DNA from: Lama guanicoe
Taxonomy: Eukaryota
DNA: 64,000 nucleotides
Assembly (NCBI GenBank): GCA_013239625.1
Contig: MU053881.1
Coordinates: 2,170,001 to 2,234,000 of the forward strand
Reading direction: 5' to 3'
Shown here: in pieces, positions 1 through 12,754 of the stretch
Layout of the letters: each line of letters begins with the position of its first letter
Position numbering within the stretch: position 1 is the stretch's first letter
Notes under the pieces: model-generated
The model's database searches: none
Told to the model about the DNA's origin: nothing
The model's input: only the letters and a program-made list of their open reading frames with translations
Position numbers and translations under genes: made by a program

Positions 1-1526
1 TTCTCCTATGCTAGTCAGTGTGCATGCACAATCTAATACTGAATTAAAAGAAGATGAAGAAGACAAAGGAGACAAAGGAGAGATGGAGAAGAATAAAGGA
101 AAGGAAACCTGAAGGACAGACTCTCAGGATGCCCAGGATTCAACCAGAAGCTCATAGCTTTTGCAAAGTTACTAAAACTACTCTAGCTCCCTTTAGCTTT
201 TACTCAAGCTGGTTCCTCTGCCTAAAATGCTCTTTAAATCTCTTTCTCCCATTCTTACTATCACCCTCCCAGCTCTTCTATGTCCCAGTTAACTGTTACT
301 TAATCTTTGGATTCCCAGGCTCCATATCACTTTCCTAGGGCAGAAATCCCTGAGCACTAAACTGGATCAGGTCTCCCCAGGTTCCATGCTCTAAATTCCC
401 TACACTCCTCTTCCTAATCCTCAGTTTAGCCACCACAAGTGTTGTGGAGTTTGCTGTTTAGTATTTGTCTTCCCCACGAGATCTTTCTTTCAGTCTGGCA
501 CATTGTTAACACTCAATATTTGTTGAACAATGAATGAATAAATCAAAGACCAAAAATATAACTTAGTGAGATATTGTGAAAGCTTTTATCTTCCACTTCA
601 GTCTTTGGAACATAAGGCAACTTTAAGTACTAAACACATGTAGGCAGGAAAACAGAACATGCAACGCAAAGGGAAAGCTTGAATGCACAAAGCTGCAAAG
701 CATCTGCTGAAGTGTCACACACATTTAAAAAACACAGCCAATGGGCACTTCATCCTCCAGTTGCCAGCAGTCTGCTGGGAATATTCCTCGTATTTAGCTA
801 GTCTCCTTCAGTGGTATATAGTGATTCCCACACAGAGGGAGGGATGACAAAATACAAGGAACAGTCGAGAAAAGAAAGCTATGGCTCCCGACACAAATAT
901 AAAGGGACTAGAAAAAAATGTTTCACAGTTTACCCATGTTTCTTAGATTCTCAAAGCTAAACCTGTTGGATTTATGGAAATTCTGTATCTAAAGTTTCTG
1001 GTGAACAAATAGGCTCAAACACCAACTTCAATGAAGAGCCAACAGGTCTTAAGCCTACTGCGTCAAATAACTATGGTGAGCTAATCACTGACATGCATAA
1101 CTTGAAATCCCAATGTTTGTGCGCCAGTATCTGAACTGTTAAAGAGAAGTCTTGACATTTTAAAAGCAGGGAGCAAGCTGAATCTCTTAGAGGAAAATAA
1201 CATTTCTGAGAGTCTTCTACGTGCCAAGCCCTTTCACATGTAATGTAACAGAGTCACAAAAATGCTAACGGGTAGATATTACCTCCATTTACTACCGAGA
1301 AACCCGAAACAGAACGTTTCCAGTGAGACACCATTAACTGCTGAGCTCAACTCTGACTGATCCCCAAAGTCTGAGTATCCACCATTTTGCTCTCTTGGAA
1401 GAGTTGGGCCCAGGCTCTGAACTAAATTCTGGAGTTAAGAGTCCTGTGGTCACTACCAGAGGGTTTTTTGCAAAAGACAAAAAAAAAAAAAAAAAAAGGT
1501 TGTCATAAGCTCTTCCAACACAATTC

Positions 1527-1639
1527 TTTTTACTTTTTTTATTATTTATCATTTTTTAAAACAGAGGTACTGGGTATTGAGTCCAGGACCTCATGCATGC
1601 TAAGCACACACTCTACCCCTAAAGTTATACCCTCCCCCA
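1527..1639 (-). mobile_element. tRNA-derived SINE (camelid Vic-1-like)
   Basis: Reverse complement of a diverged GGGGAGGGTATA...GGTAGAG...CTTAGCATGCATGAGGTCCTGG-type head plus A-rich tail. Confidence 0.8.
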
Positions 1640-2871
1640 CCTCAAAACAATCCTCTTAGGTCTATACTGTACTAATCAGGAAAAGTAATGACAAAGCCAA
1701 TTTTAAACATTTCAGGTAAATGCAGACAGTGTACTAGATTTGCAATCATAAAAACAAAAAGAATAATTTAGTTTTCAACACTTCAAAACACTGAGTCTGA
1801 AGAAAATAAAATGAAGAAAAGGTAGCACTTCCTAATTTGAATGTTCACATTGCAAATAAACTTTGCTGTAAAATGCAGACAGGATATACCATTTGCCATT
1901 CTGGAGATTAATTTATTAAAACTTTACCCAGCAAGTTATTATTTTAAATATACATACAAAGTAGCCTTTCCCATGTGGTTTAGATAAGCCTCATGTTACA
2001 ATCAGAACTTTAACATTATTTGCCCTTCCAAGAATAGCCTGTAAACAGACTTTTAAAATGTTATTACTTTCTGTAACATATATGCAAACTATCTTTCTAC
2101 TCACCACAGAAAACTAACTCTCATCTTCTGTGACCACATAGTTGATGTCATAGCCCCAAAACAAAATGAATAAAACAATAAATATGTACAAACTATACTT
2201 TGATGAGTTAAAAGACAGGTAACTGTTTTGGCCACTGATGCCTTAAATGTATTATAATCTACAACTGAGTCAGTCACTGGCAAGTCCCTACTTATTTTAA
2301 TTTACAGCTCTAAAATACAAATCTAGCTTTCCTCTTTGCAGGAGGACAAAGATGAAAAATCACTTAGATATTCAAAACAGACATTCTAACAGAATATTCA
2401 CTCTTTCCTCCTAAAAATATTTGCCACTTCCCTACTTAGGAGAAACTGTGGCAGGCCTCAAGGACAGAAAATAAAGACAACACAATCCCAATCTTGAAAT
2501 TTTAAGTTTACTAGGGGATACAGAATAGAAAAGTAATCAAAATATAATATGAAAATGCTATATAATAGTATTATGAACACAGAACTTTTTTTACTCACTT
2601 TTCTGAAAACTAAGGAAAAGTACTAAGAGTAAGGAGAAATGCTAACCAAATGACACATGACTATCAGGCTACCTATAAAAACATCCTTCCCATTAACCAG
2701 AAAAGTTGTAGTTAATTTAACTACTGAATTACTGTCTTCATTCATTAGAACTTAAAATATTAGATGGGCTTATGAACAAAATAACATTTTGACATACACA
2801 CCATAAAGTGTACAAACAAGTATTATCCTTACAAGACCATTTAATAACTCTTGGGATAAGATGCACAGGAG

Positions 2872-3172
2872 ACTAATAAACTTTTCCTGTTAAGGGCCAA
2901 ACAGTAAATAATTGACTCTGTAGGACATACAGTCTTTTCCCCAATTACTCAGCTCCTCCATCACAGCACAAAAGTAGCCACAGACAACACATAAAAGAGC
3001 CATATTCCAATAGAACATCATATAAGGTCACTGAAATTTCAATTTCATATCATTTAACAAAATATTTGCCTTTTGATTTTGTCTCACCAGTTCAAAAATG
3101 TAAAAACTATTCTTGGCTCATAGGCTGTTACAAACATTAGTGGTGACTAGATTTAGCTGTAGTTTGTCAAAA
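2872..3172. mobile_element. MER58-like hAT DNA transposon fossil
   Basis: aaacttttcctgttaagggccaaacagtaaata...tagatttagctgtagtttg resembles MER58. Confidence 0.6.
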
Positions 3173-3559
3173 ACTGCCACTAAGAGGTCAACTCTACATA
3201 TAACATGATAAAAACCATTTGTGTTAATTCCAAGTCATCACAGAACCTAAACTGTTATCTACTGGTTTAACTTCTTCACCAGATTCAATCCTTACTTGAC
3301 CCTACCTAATAAATGCAAGGTCTGAGGATGATTATAAAAAATATACCCCAGAAGTATTTTGAGCAAAGGTTGTCACAAACATGTCAAGTAACACCAGAAG
3401 AAATGAGAGAACAGGGAACTCCAAGGGCCAGTCCTTCCACAAAAATAGCAAATGAACAGGAGAAAAACTACCACAAGCAACTATCAGAACTGGAAAAACT
3501 ACTGAAAAGATCTGCAGCAGCCAACTAAATGCTTGATCAAGAAAAGGGCAAGGTACCTT

Positions 3560-6090
3560 AGAAAGAGAAACATATAAACAGCACGTGATCCAGCAATTCC
3601 ACTCCCAAGTAATACCCAAAAGAACTGAAAGCAAAGACTTACACAGGTATTTGTATACCCATGTTCACAACATTAAAATATGGAAATAACTCAAATGGTG
3701 AGTGAATAAATAAAACACAGTGTATCCATACACAGGAAGATTATCTACCTATAAGAAGGAATAAAGATCTGGTACATGTTAACACAGGGATAAACCGTCG
3801 AAGTGTTACACTAAGTGAAATAAGCCAGACACCAAGCAACAAATGCTGCATGATTCCACTTAGATGAAGTATCCAGAAGAGGGAAATTATATACAGAGTA
3901 ACAGAACAGAGGTTACCAGGGGCTGGAGGCAGAGTGCAATTAGAGTTACTGTTTTAAGGGTACAGAGTTTATATTGGGATGATGAGTAAGTTTAATACCA
4001 CTGAACTGTAGATTCACATGTAAGCAACAGCACTAAATTGTATACTCACATATGGACAAATAATAAATGTTATGTACACTTTCACAACAAAAAAGGGTAC
4101 CTATCCGGAAAAAAAGCATATAATAAGATTCAACACTTCTTCATGATTAAAAAAAAAAACAAAACTCTAAACAAATTAAGAATAGAGGGGAATTTCCTTC
4201 AATAAAGGACATTTATGAAAAACCCACAGCTAATATCACATTCAGTGGTGAATGAAAGCCTGAAAGCTTTCCCCTTAAGATCAGGAAAAAGACCAAGACA
4301 TGTTCACAGCTGCTATTCAACACTGTACTGTGAGTTCTGGCCAGAGCAATAAACCAAGAAAAAGATTAAAATAAAATAAAAAAAAAGGCATCCAAATTAG
4401 AAAGGCAGAGATAAAACTACCTCTATTTGCAGATGACATAATTCCATGTACAGAAAATCCCTTAGAATTCTCTCCCCATTCCTCTCTCCCTCTCTCTCTT
4501 TCACACACATACACACAGAGTTAATAAATTTAGCAAAGTTGCAGCAGACAAGGTCAATCCTTAATTGTCCCCTTTTTTTTTTCTTAATTTTCCCTTTTGT
4601 TTCTATACAAGAGTAATGAACATTCAAAAAAAGAAACTGGAAAAAAACTCCACTTTATGATAGCACCCAAAGGAATAACAGTGAAAGAATTGTGCAATGA
4701 AAATTACAAAAGACTGCTGAAAATGAATTAAAGGAGACCTAAATGAGTGAAAAGACATCAATGTTCACTGATTAGAATTCTTATTATTGATATGGCAGTA
4801 CTCCTCAAAGTAACCTATACATTCAATGCACTCCCTATGAAAATTCCAAAAGCCTTTTTGGAGAAACAGAAGAGCTAACTCTCAAATTCATATGGAACCG
4901 CAAGTAAACAGAATAGCCAAAGCAGTATTAGAAAAGAAAAAGTAGGCTGAGAATTCAAAACTTACTACAAAGCTGAAGTAATCAAAACAATGTGATACTA
5001 GCTAGAAATATAGATCAATGGAATAAAATTGGGAGTCCAGAAATAAACTCTCACAAATATATTCAATAGATTTGACAATGGTGCCAACACCCTTCAATGA
5101 AGAAGGAATAGTCTCTTCAACAAATGGTACTTAGTCAACTGGATCACCACATACAAAAAGAATGAAGTTGGATTCCTTCCTCATTCCATATACAAAAGTT
5201 AACTCAAAGTGGATCATAGCCTAAATATAAGAACTGAAAGTATGAAACTCATAGAAGAAAACATAAGGATAAGTCTTTATGACCTCAAATTTGGCAAAGG
5301 AGTCTTAGATTTGATAACAAAAGGACAAACAACAACAAAATGATAAATTAGACTTTATCAAAATTAAAACTTTTGTGAATTAAATAACAGTATCAAGAAT
5401 GTGAAAGGCCCATATGATACAGCAATCCCACTTCTGGGCATTTATCAGGAGGGAACTCTAATTCGAAAAGATACATGCACCCCAATGTTCATACAGCACT
5501 ATTTACAATAGCCAAGACATGGAAACAACCTAAATGTCCAACAGATGACTGGATAAAGAAGCTGTGGTATGTTTATGCAATGGAATACTACTCAGCCATA
5601 AAAAGAATAAAATAATGCCATTTGCAGCAACATGGAGACCTGGAGAATTCTAAGTGAAGTAAGCCAGAAAGAGAAAGAAAAATACCATGTGATATCATTT
5701 ATATGTGGAATCTAAAGAAACACACACACACACACACATGAACTTATTTACAAAACAGAAACAAACTCAGAGACATAGAAAACAAACTCAATCGTTACCA
5801 GGGGGAAAGGGGATGGGAGGGGATAAAAAGGGAGTTTGAGATGTGCAGATATTAACTACTATATATAAAATATTCATTCAAAATGAAATCAATAACCTGA
5901 ATAGTACTAAAAGCACTAAATAAATTTAATGCATAGTTAAAAGCTTTCCAAAAAAGAAATCATAAATCCTACATAATCTTACTGGACAGTTCTACCAAAC
6001 ATTTAATAATTAAAAAAAAAAGTTCTACATCATCCTTTCCAGAAGATAGAAGAGAACGGTACACTCTCTACTCTTTTATAAGGTCCAAGA
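3560..6090 (+). mobile_element. Mosaic of degraded L1 ORF2 and 3' end fragments
   Basis: L1 hallmarks such as gatccagcaattccactc, aaagctttccccttaagatcagga and tctatttgcagatgacat (FADD motif), with several 3'UTR ends. Confidence 0.85.
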
Positions 6091-6099
6091 ACTCCTTGG

Positions 6100-8035
6100 A
6101 TTTTGCAACAGCACATTAAACCCAAAGCAAGCAGAAGGACGGAAATAATAAAGATAAGATAGGAAATCAGTTTCCCTGGAAACTGAGGCAGAGTCAGCAG
6201 ATGGGGTAAGACATCTAGATGCTCACTTGTTGGGGAACTGCAAGTAAACAGAAGAGCCAAAACAATATTGGAAAAAGGTAGGAGATGGCTGTGGCTCACT
6301 CAGGGGACAAAAAAGCTGGTGGCGGACATTCCAGGAGTGTTTCATCTACATGAGCTTTTCTGGAGGCTGACATCTTGATTGGATCCTTAGCACCAAGATC
6401 TAGCCCCACCCAACAGCCTGTACGGAAGCCTCAGGCCAAACAGCATACTGGGTGGGAACACAGTCCCACCCATCAGCAGGCTTCCTAAGCCACAAAAGCC
6501 TCTACACAGAAAAGGTCCAGGACCAAGCTTCACCCAGCAGTGGGCAGGCACTGGCTCCTCCTGCCAGGAAACCCGCAGAAGCCTCTAGTCCAGCCTCATC
6601 CACCAGGGGGCAGATACCAGAAATAAGAAAATCCCAAAATAAAATAAAACAATCCCAAAGCCTGTGGAAGGAATCCACAAACACAAGCCAGACTCTACAC
6701 TGGGACCGGCTGGACCCTGGTCCTTGGGTGACAAGAGAGGAGTGTACTGCTGGGACACAAAAGAACATCTCCCAAAGAGGGCCACCTCTCCAAGGTCGAG
6801 AAATGTAAGTAATCTACCTAAAAATACAAATAGATAAACAATAGGAGGCAACAGAGGATTATCTCCCAGGCCAAGGCACAAGATAAAATCCCAGAAAAAA
6901 AAGTAAGTGATGAGGAGATAGGCAATTTATCTGAGGAAGACTTTAAAGTAATGGTGGTGAAGATGTTCAGGGAACTCGAGTATAGATGCACAGAGTGAAG
7001 TTTTTAGCAAAGAGTTGGAAAATATAAAGAATACCCAAACAGAGTTGAAGAATAAAATCACTGAAATGAATAACACACTAGAAGGAACCAAGAAGAGACT
7101 AAACGAGGCAGAAGAACAGATCAGTGAGCTAGAAGACAGACTAGTGGAAGTCACTACTGCAGAACAGAAAAAAAAAAAGAAAGAAAAATGAGGATAGTTT
7201 AAGAGAACTCTGGGACAACATTCACATTATAGGGGTCCCAGAAAAAGAGAGAGAGAAAGTACCTGAGAAAATTTTTGGAGATAATAACCGAAAACTTCTC
7301 CCCACTTCAGGAGGACAGCCACCCAAGTCCAGGAAGCACAGAGTTCCACACAGGATCAACCCAAAGAGCAACACACCAAGGCACATAGTAATCAACCCGA
7401 CAAAAATTAAGGATAAGGAGAGAATATTAAAATCAGTAAGAGAAAAACAACAAATAACGTAAGGGAACTCCCATAAAGTTATCAGCTGAGTTTTCAGCAG
7501 AAACTCCACAGGCCAGAAGGGAGTGGCACAATATATTTAAAGTGATGAAAGGGAAAAACTTACAATCACTCTATACAGCAAAGCTCTCATTCAGATTTGA
7601 TGAAGAAATCAAAAGCTTCACAGATAAAAAAGCTAAAAGAATTCAGCATCATCAAATCAGCTTTACAACAAATGTTAAAGGAACTTCTCTAGTCATCAAA
7701 CCAGAAGTAAAAAGAAAGAGGAAAAAAAAAAGACCTACAAAAGACTGCTTTGGCAGTTTGGGGTTTTTTGTGGTTCCATGTAAATTTTGGAATTGTTTGC
7801 TCTAGTTCTGTGAAAAATGTATTTTGACAGGGGTTGCGTTGGATCTGCAGATGGCTTTGGGTAGTACGGCCATTTTGATAATGTTGATTCTTCTAATTCA
7901 AGAGCATAAGATATCTTTCCATTTCTTTGTATCATCTTCAATTTCCTTCACCAATGTTTTAAGGTTCTCAGAGTATAGGTAACCTCCTTGGTTAAGTTTA
8001 TTTCTAGGTATTTTGTTGTTTTTGATGCAATGAAA
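6100..8035 (+). mobile_element. L1 5'UTR and degraded ORF1, followed by an inverted ORF2 fragment (7743-8035)
   Basis: ORF1 coiled-coil-type sequence (aaaatcactgaaatgaataacacactagaagga; gctgagttttcagcagaaact), then antisense ORF2. Confidence 0.8.
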
Positions 8036-8500
8036 ATGTTTATGCCAGTTATAAAATTCTCAGTTTTGAAGTGAAAAAAAAAATGAATGAAGGGCTGCAA
8101 ATAAAATATCCTTCTTTCTTACAGGTGAACTGTATTCTATTACATATATATGCTGCATCTTCTTTATCCACTCATCTATTGATGTGCACTTATGATGCTT
8201 CCATATCTTGGCAGTTATAATGTTGCTGTTAATAGTGGGGTGTATGTATCTTTTTGAATGAATTCTTATTTTGTAGTTGGCTTTATTCCTTTGGTAACTA
8301 TGTAAATTTAGAAAGCTAAGGCTATAAACATCTTAGAAATAATGAATAGTCCATGTATGTAAATTTTAAAAAATATGTGCAATATCTGTGTATATGTTTT
8401 TACATGCAATATATTGTACATGTGCAGTCAAACTGTAGCAATTCTACCTAATAAAACTGAAAAATGAAACAAAAACAAAAGCAAAAAACTCAGCTCTTGG

Positions 8501-8620
8501 TGGGGAGGGTATATAGCTCAAGAGCACATGCTTAGCATGCACAAAGTCCTGGGTTCAATTCCCAATATCTTCATTAAATAAATAAACAAATAAACCTAAT
8601 TACCTCTATTCTAAAATAAA
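8501..8620 (+). mobile_element. Vic-1-like SINE
   Basis: ggggagggtatatagctcaagagcacatgcttagcatgcac...aaacctaattacctc. Confidence 0.8.
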
Positions 8621-8739
8621 GAACTAGAAAAAAATTTATGATTTACTTTTTCCTATTGTTTTTTAATCTCTTATCTATTTCCTTCCTGATCTTTATTATT
8701 TCTATTCTTCTGCTGACTTTAGGTTTTGCACACTGTACT

Positions 8740-10003
8740 TCTGTATACTAACAATAAACCATTCAGAAACAAAATTAGCAATTCCATTTACAATAGCATC
8801 AAAAAAATATTTAGGAATGAATATTTAAAAAAGAGTGTAAGACTTGTACACTGAAAACTACAAAACACCACTGAAAGATATTAAACACCTAAATATAGAT
8901 AACCCATGCTCACAGATTAGAGACAGTATTGCTAACATGATGATAAACTGCAAAATGATCTACAGACTCAACAAAATATCAAAATTCCAGTTCCCTTTTA
9001 GAAACTGACAAGCTATTACTAAAATTTTTATCAAAATGCAAAGAACACAGAATTTCTAAAACAATCTTGAAAATGAAAAACTTGGAGAACTCACTGATTT
9101 CAAAACTTAGTACAAAAATACATTAACCAAAATGTGTGGCACTGGCACAAAGATAGACATGTAAATAAATCAATGGAAGAAGAGAACTGAGAGCCCAGAT
9201 ACGTATTGAAATACATATAAATAATACATATAAATGGAATCACGCAGTCTGTGGCCTTTGTGTCTGATGTCTTTCATTTAGCATGTTCTCAAGTTTATCC
9301 ATGTTGTAGTATTAGTGTAATTACTAAATTTCATTTTATTGCCAGATAGTACTACATTTTATTGATATATCATTTTGTTTATCCATTCATCAGTTGATGG
9401 ACATTTTGTTTGTTTCTACTTTTTCACTGGTTTATGTCCATATCTGAATATATTTTGAACATGGGTGCCAAGACCACTGAATAGGAAAAGAATAGTCTTT
9501 CTAATAAATGGTGCTGGGATAACTGGATACCCACGTGCAAAACAAGTAGGGCCCCTACTTCACATCATATACAAGAATTCAAAATGGATCAAAGACCTAA
9601 ATATAAGAGCTAAAAATAGAACTTTTAGGAGAAAACATAGGAGTACATCTTCCTGATCGTGGATTAGGCAATGGTTTCTTAGACGGGACACCAAAAGCAC
9701 AAGCAAAGAAAAAAAAATATACTGGACCTCATCAAGATTAAAAACCTTTGTGTTTCAAGGATACCATCAAGAAAATGAAAAAAACCACAGAATGGGAGAA
9801 AATATTTGCAATTCCCATCTGACAAGAGACTTCTATCCAGAATATATAAGGAACTACTGCAACTCAACAATAAAAAAAGACAGTCAGAGGGGCAAGGAAT
9901 AGCTCAGTGGTAGAATGTGTGCTTAGCATACATGAGGACCTGGGTTCAATTCCCAGTATCTCCATTAAATTTTAGTTAACTAAATAAACCTAATTACCTC
10001 AAA

Positions 10004-10042
<39 letters not shown>

Positions 10043-10950
10043 ATGCTACAAATATTTTTTTTAAAGACAGCTCAATTTTTTCTAAATAGGAAAAGGATTT
10101 ACAATATAGACTCTCCAAAGTAGCTATACAAATGGCCAATAAGCACATGAAAGGATGCTCAATATCATTTGTCTTCAGGGAAATATAAATCAAAACCACA
10201 AAAGAAATAACACTTAATAGTCACTTGGGTGGCTAAAATAAAAAAAGAAAAAATAGCAAGTGTTGACAAGAACATGAAGAAATCAGAACCCTCATATATC
10301 ACTAGTAGGACTGTAAAATGGTGCAGCCACTGTGCAAAACAGTCCAGCGGTTCCTCAAAATGTGAAACAGTCACCATATGACCCAGCAATACCACCCCTT
10401 GGAACACACCCAAGAGAACTGAAAACATGTATCCATATAAAAAACCTGTACACAAATGTCCCTGATAGCACTACTTGTAACAAACAAGTAGAAACAAACA
10501 AAATGTCCACCAACTGATGAATGGATAAACAAAATGATATATCAATAAAAATGTAGTATTATCTGGCAGTAATATGGAATTAAGTAACTATACTAATAAT
10601 ACAACATGGATAAACATGAAAAAACATGCTAAATGAAAAGACATCAGACACAAAAGGCCACAGACTGCGTGATTCCATTTATATGTATTATTTATATGTA
10701 TTTCAATACATTTCCAGAACAGATAAATCCACAGAGACAGAAAGTCAATTAGTGGTTGCCAGGGACTGGGGGAGGGGAGCATGAGGAGTGACTGACGGCT
10801 ATAGGGTTTCTTTTGGGTGATGAAATGTTCTGGAATTAGACAGCGGTTTTGGTTGGTCAACTTTGTAAATACACTAAAGCCACACTGAGTTGCACTCTTT
10901 CTAAGAGGGTGAATTTTACAAAATGTGAATTATATCTTGATTTTTAAAAT
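8740..10950 (+). mobile_element. Old L1 (L1MB-like) ORF2 3' half and 3'UTR, interrupted by an inverted duplication and a SINE
   Basis: Colinear L1 ORF2 and 3'UTR motifs ending gtgaattatatcttga. Confidence 0.8.
9888..10045 (+). mobile_element. Vic-1-like SINE with (AAAT)n tail
   Basis: SINE head, about 11 AAAT units at 10001-10044, and flanking aaagacag(c)tca duplication. Confidence 0.8.
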
Positions 10951-11209
10951 GCAGTTACTATGCTCTTTTAATTTGTAATTACAAGGATATATGGATTCAA
11001 AGTTGAAATGCTGAAAAAAATTCCACATGACATAAATGTAGGATGTTGATTTTTGATTTTTTAAGTCTATGCTTTAAACAACAAAATACTTTAGGAAGGA
11101 AAGGGATGGAGAAAAGACTAGCCAAATTCTAGGTTATTTAGGTAACAGATACATGTTTATTATTACTTTTCACCCTCAAGTATAAGAAATACCTTCATTA
11201 AGAATCCCC

Positions 11210-11680
11210 ACTGGATCTAGAAGAGGTATCTTTACAATCATGTTCATATCAGCATTATTCACAAAAGCCAAAAGTGGCCATTGACTGATGAATGAAGAAA
11301 GAAAACATGGTATATACAACAGAGTATCTTTAAAAAGAAAGAAAATTCTGACACATGCTACATCATGGGTGAACTCTTAAGGATATCAAACTAAATGAAA
11401 TGAGCCAATCACAAAAAGGTAAATACTGTATAACTTGACTTACATTTGATATCCAGGGCAGTCAAATTCAGAGACAGAAAGTAGAATGGTGGTTGCCAGG
11501 GGCTAAGAAGAAGGGGAAGTGGGAAAGGGTGTAAGAGTTTTAGTTTTCCAAGATGGAAAGAGTTCTGGAGAATGGATGTACAAAACGTGAACATATTTAT
11601 ATTACTGAACTGCGCACTTCAAAATAGAATGGTAAATTTTATTTATGTGTATTTTACCAAAAGTGAGACTAAAAATGAAA
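11210..11680 (+). mobile_element. L1 3' end fragment
   Basis: gaaattctgacacatgctaca...aaagtagaatggtggttgccagggg. Confidence 0.7.
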
Positions 11681-12269
11681 TAAAGAATCCCCACTGAAAT
11701 AGGCACATTCATATATTGCTGATTGAGTTTAAATATATATATGTATACTCTTTAAGTGGGGAATCTGGTACTATCTTTCAAAATCATAAACATTTATCTT
11801 TAACCCACAATTCCAGTTCTGGAGACTTATTCTACAGATTTACTTGCATACATTCAAAATGCCTTATTGTATGGTTGTTCACTTTCAGCAAAAGAATATT
11901 TAAATTGAAAATGTTGATACATTCATACAATAGAATACTACCCAGGTGTAAAAAACAATGAGATAACAATGTTCAAAATGGAAAGACTGACAACACATTA
12001 ACTGAAAAAGCAAGATTAAGTGTGTACAATCTGCTACTTTTGCCATTAAAAAAAAGGTGGGAAAGGCCATAGGAATTTACTGAGCAGACAAGGTACAAGG
12101 GTACCTCACTGGTTATCTATGTTGTATTTTTCAATCATATACCTAATTCAAAACTTCAATTTGAAAAAACAAGGTACATCAGCTCAGCTTAAAAGTAAAA
12201 GAAGTATCAGTACTTTGTATACTTAAGCTTTCTCCTTTACTTAAAACTATTCATTTCTTATTGGGTGAG

Positions 12270-12712
12270 CACGGTAACCAGCCACCCTAGACGGCCCGAT
12301 GATCCACATTCCAAATTATTCCCCTCCCGCACCGTACTCCCCTCCCGCACCGTACTCCCCTCCCGCACTGTACTCCCCTCCCACACTGTACTCCCCTCCC
12401 ACACTGTATCCTCTTGGATCTTCTTGCCAGGTTTCTCCTCTCTTGGATCACTCACTGTGGGGGAAGTCAGCTACATACTGTGAGCAGCCCTATGGAGAAC
12501 CTCACATGGCAAGGAACTGAGGCCTCCCAAGAACAGCCAAGAGCCATGTAGGACCAGGATCCCACAGTAGCGGAGATCTTGCTTATAAGCTCATAAGAGA
12601 CTCTGAGCCAGAACCACCCAGCTAAGCCACTCCCTGATTCCTAACCCTGTGTGAGAGAAATGTTTAAACTAAATTTGAGGGTAATTTGTTAGGTAGAATA
12701 GACAACTAATAG
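12270..12712 (+). mobile_element. MLT1-type (ERVL-MaLR) solo LTR
   Basis: gagcagccctatggaga...ggcaaggaactgaggcc...ctgagccagaaccacccagctaagccactcc...aatagacaactaata. Confidence 0.75.
12321..12410. repeat. 18-bp minisatellite, 5 copies (CCCCTCCC[G/A]CAC[C/T]GTACT)
   Basis: Directly visible tandem array. Confidence 0.95.
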
Positions 12713-12754
12713 AAAAGGAAAGATTCCTTACATAGCTGTAAGAATTTATTTTCA

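Noticed and set aside
12258..12520. Repetitive peptides (YSPPAP, RTVLPS) and an array-like pattern
   Set aside because: Translations of the 18-bp minisatellite; no spacers and eukaryotic context, so neither CRISPR nor an extensin-like gene.
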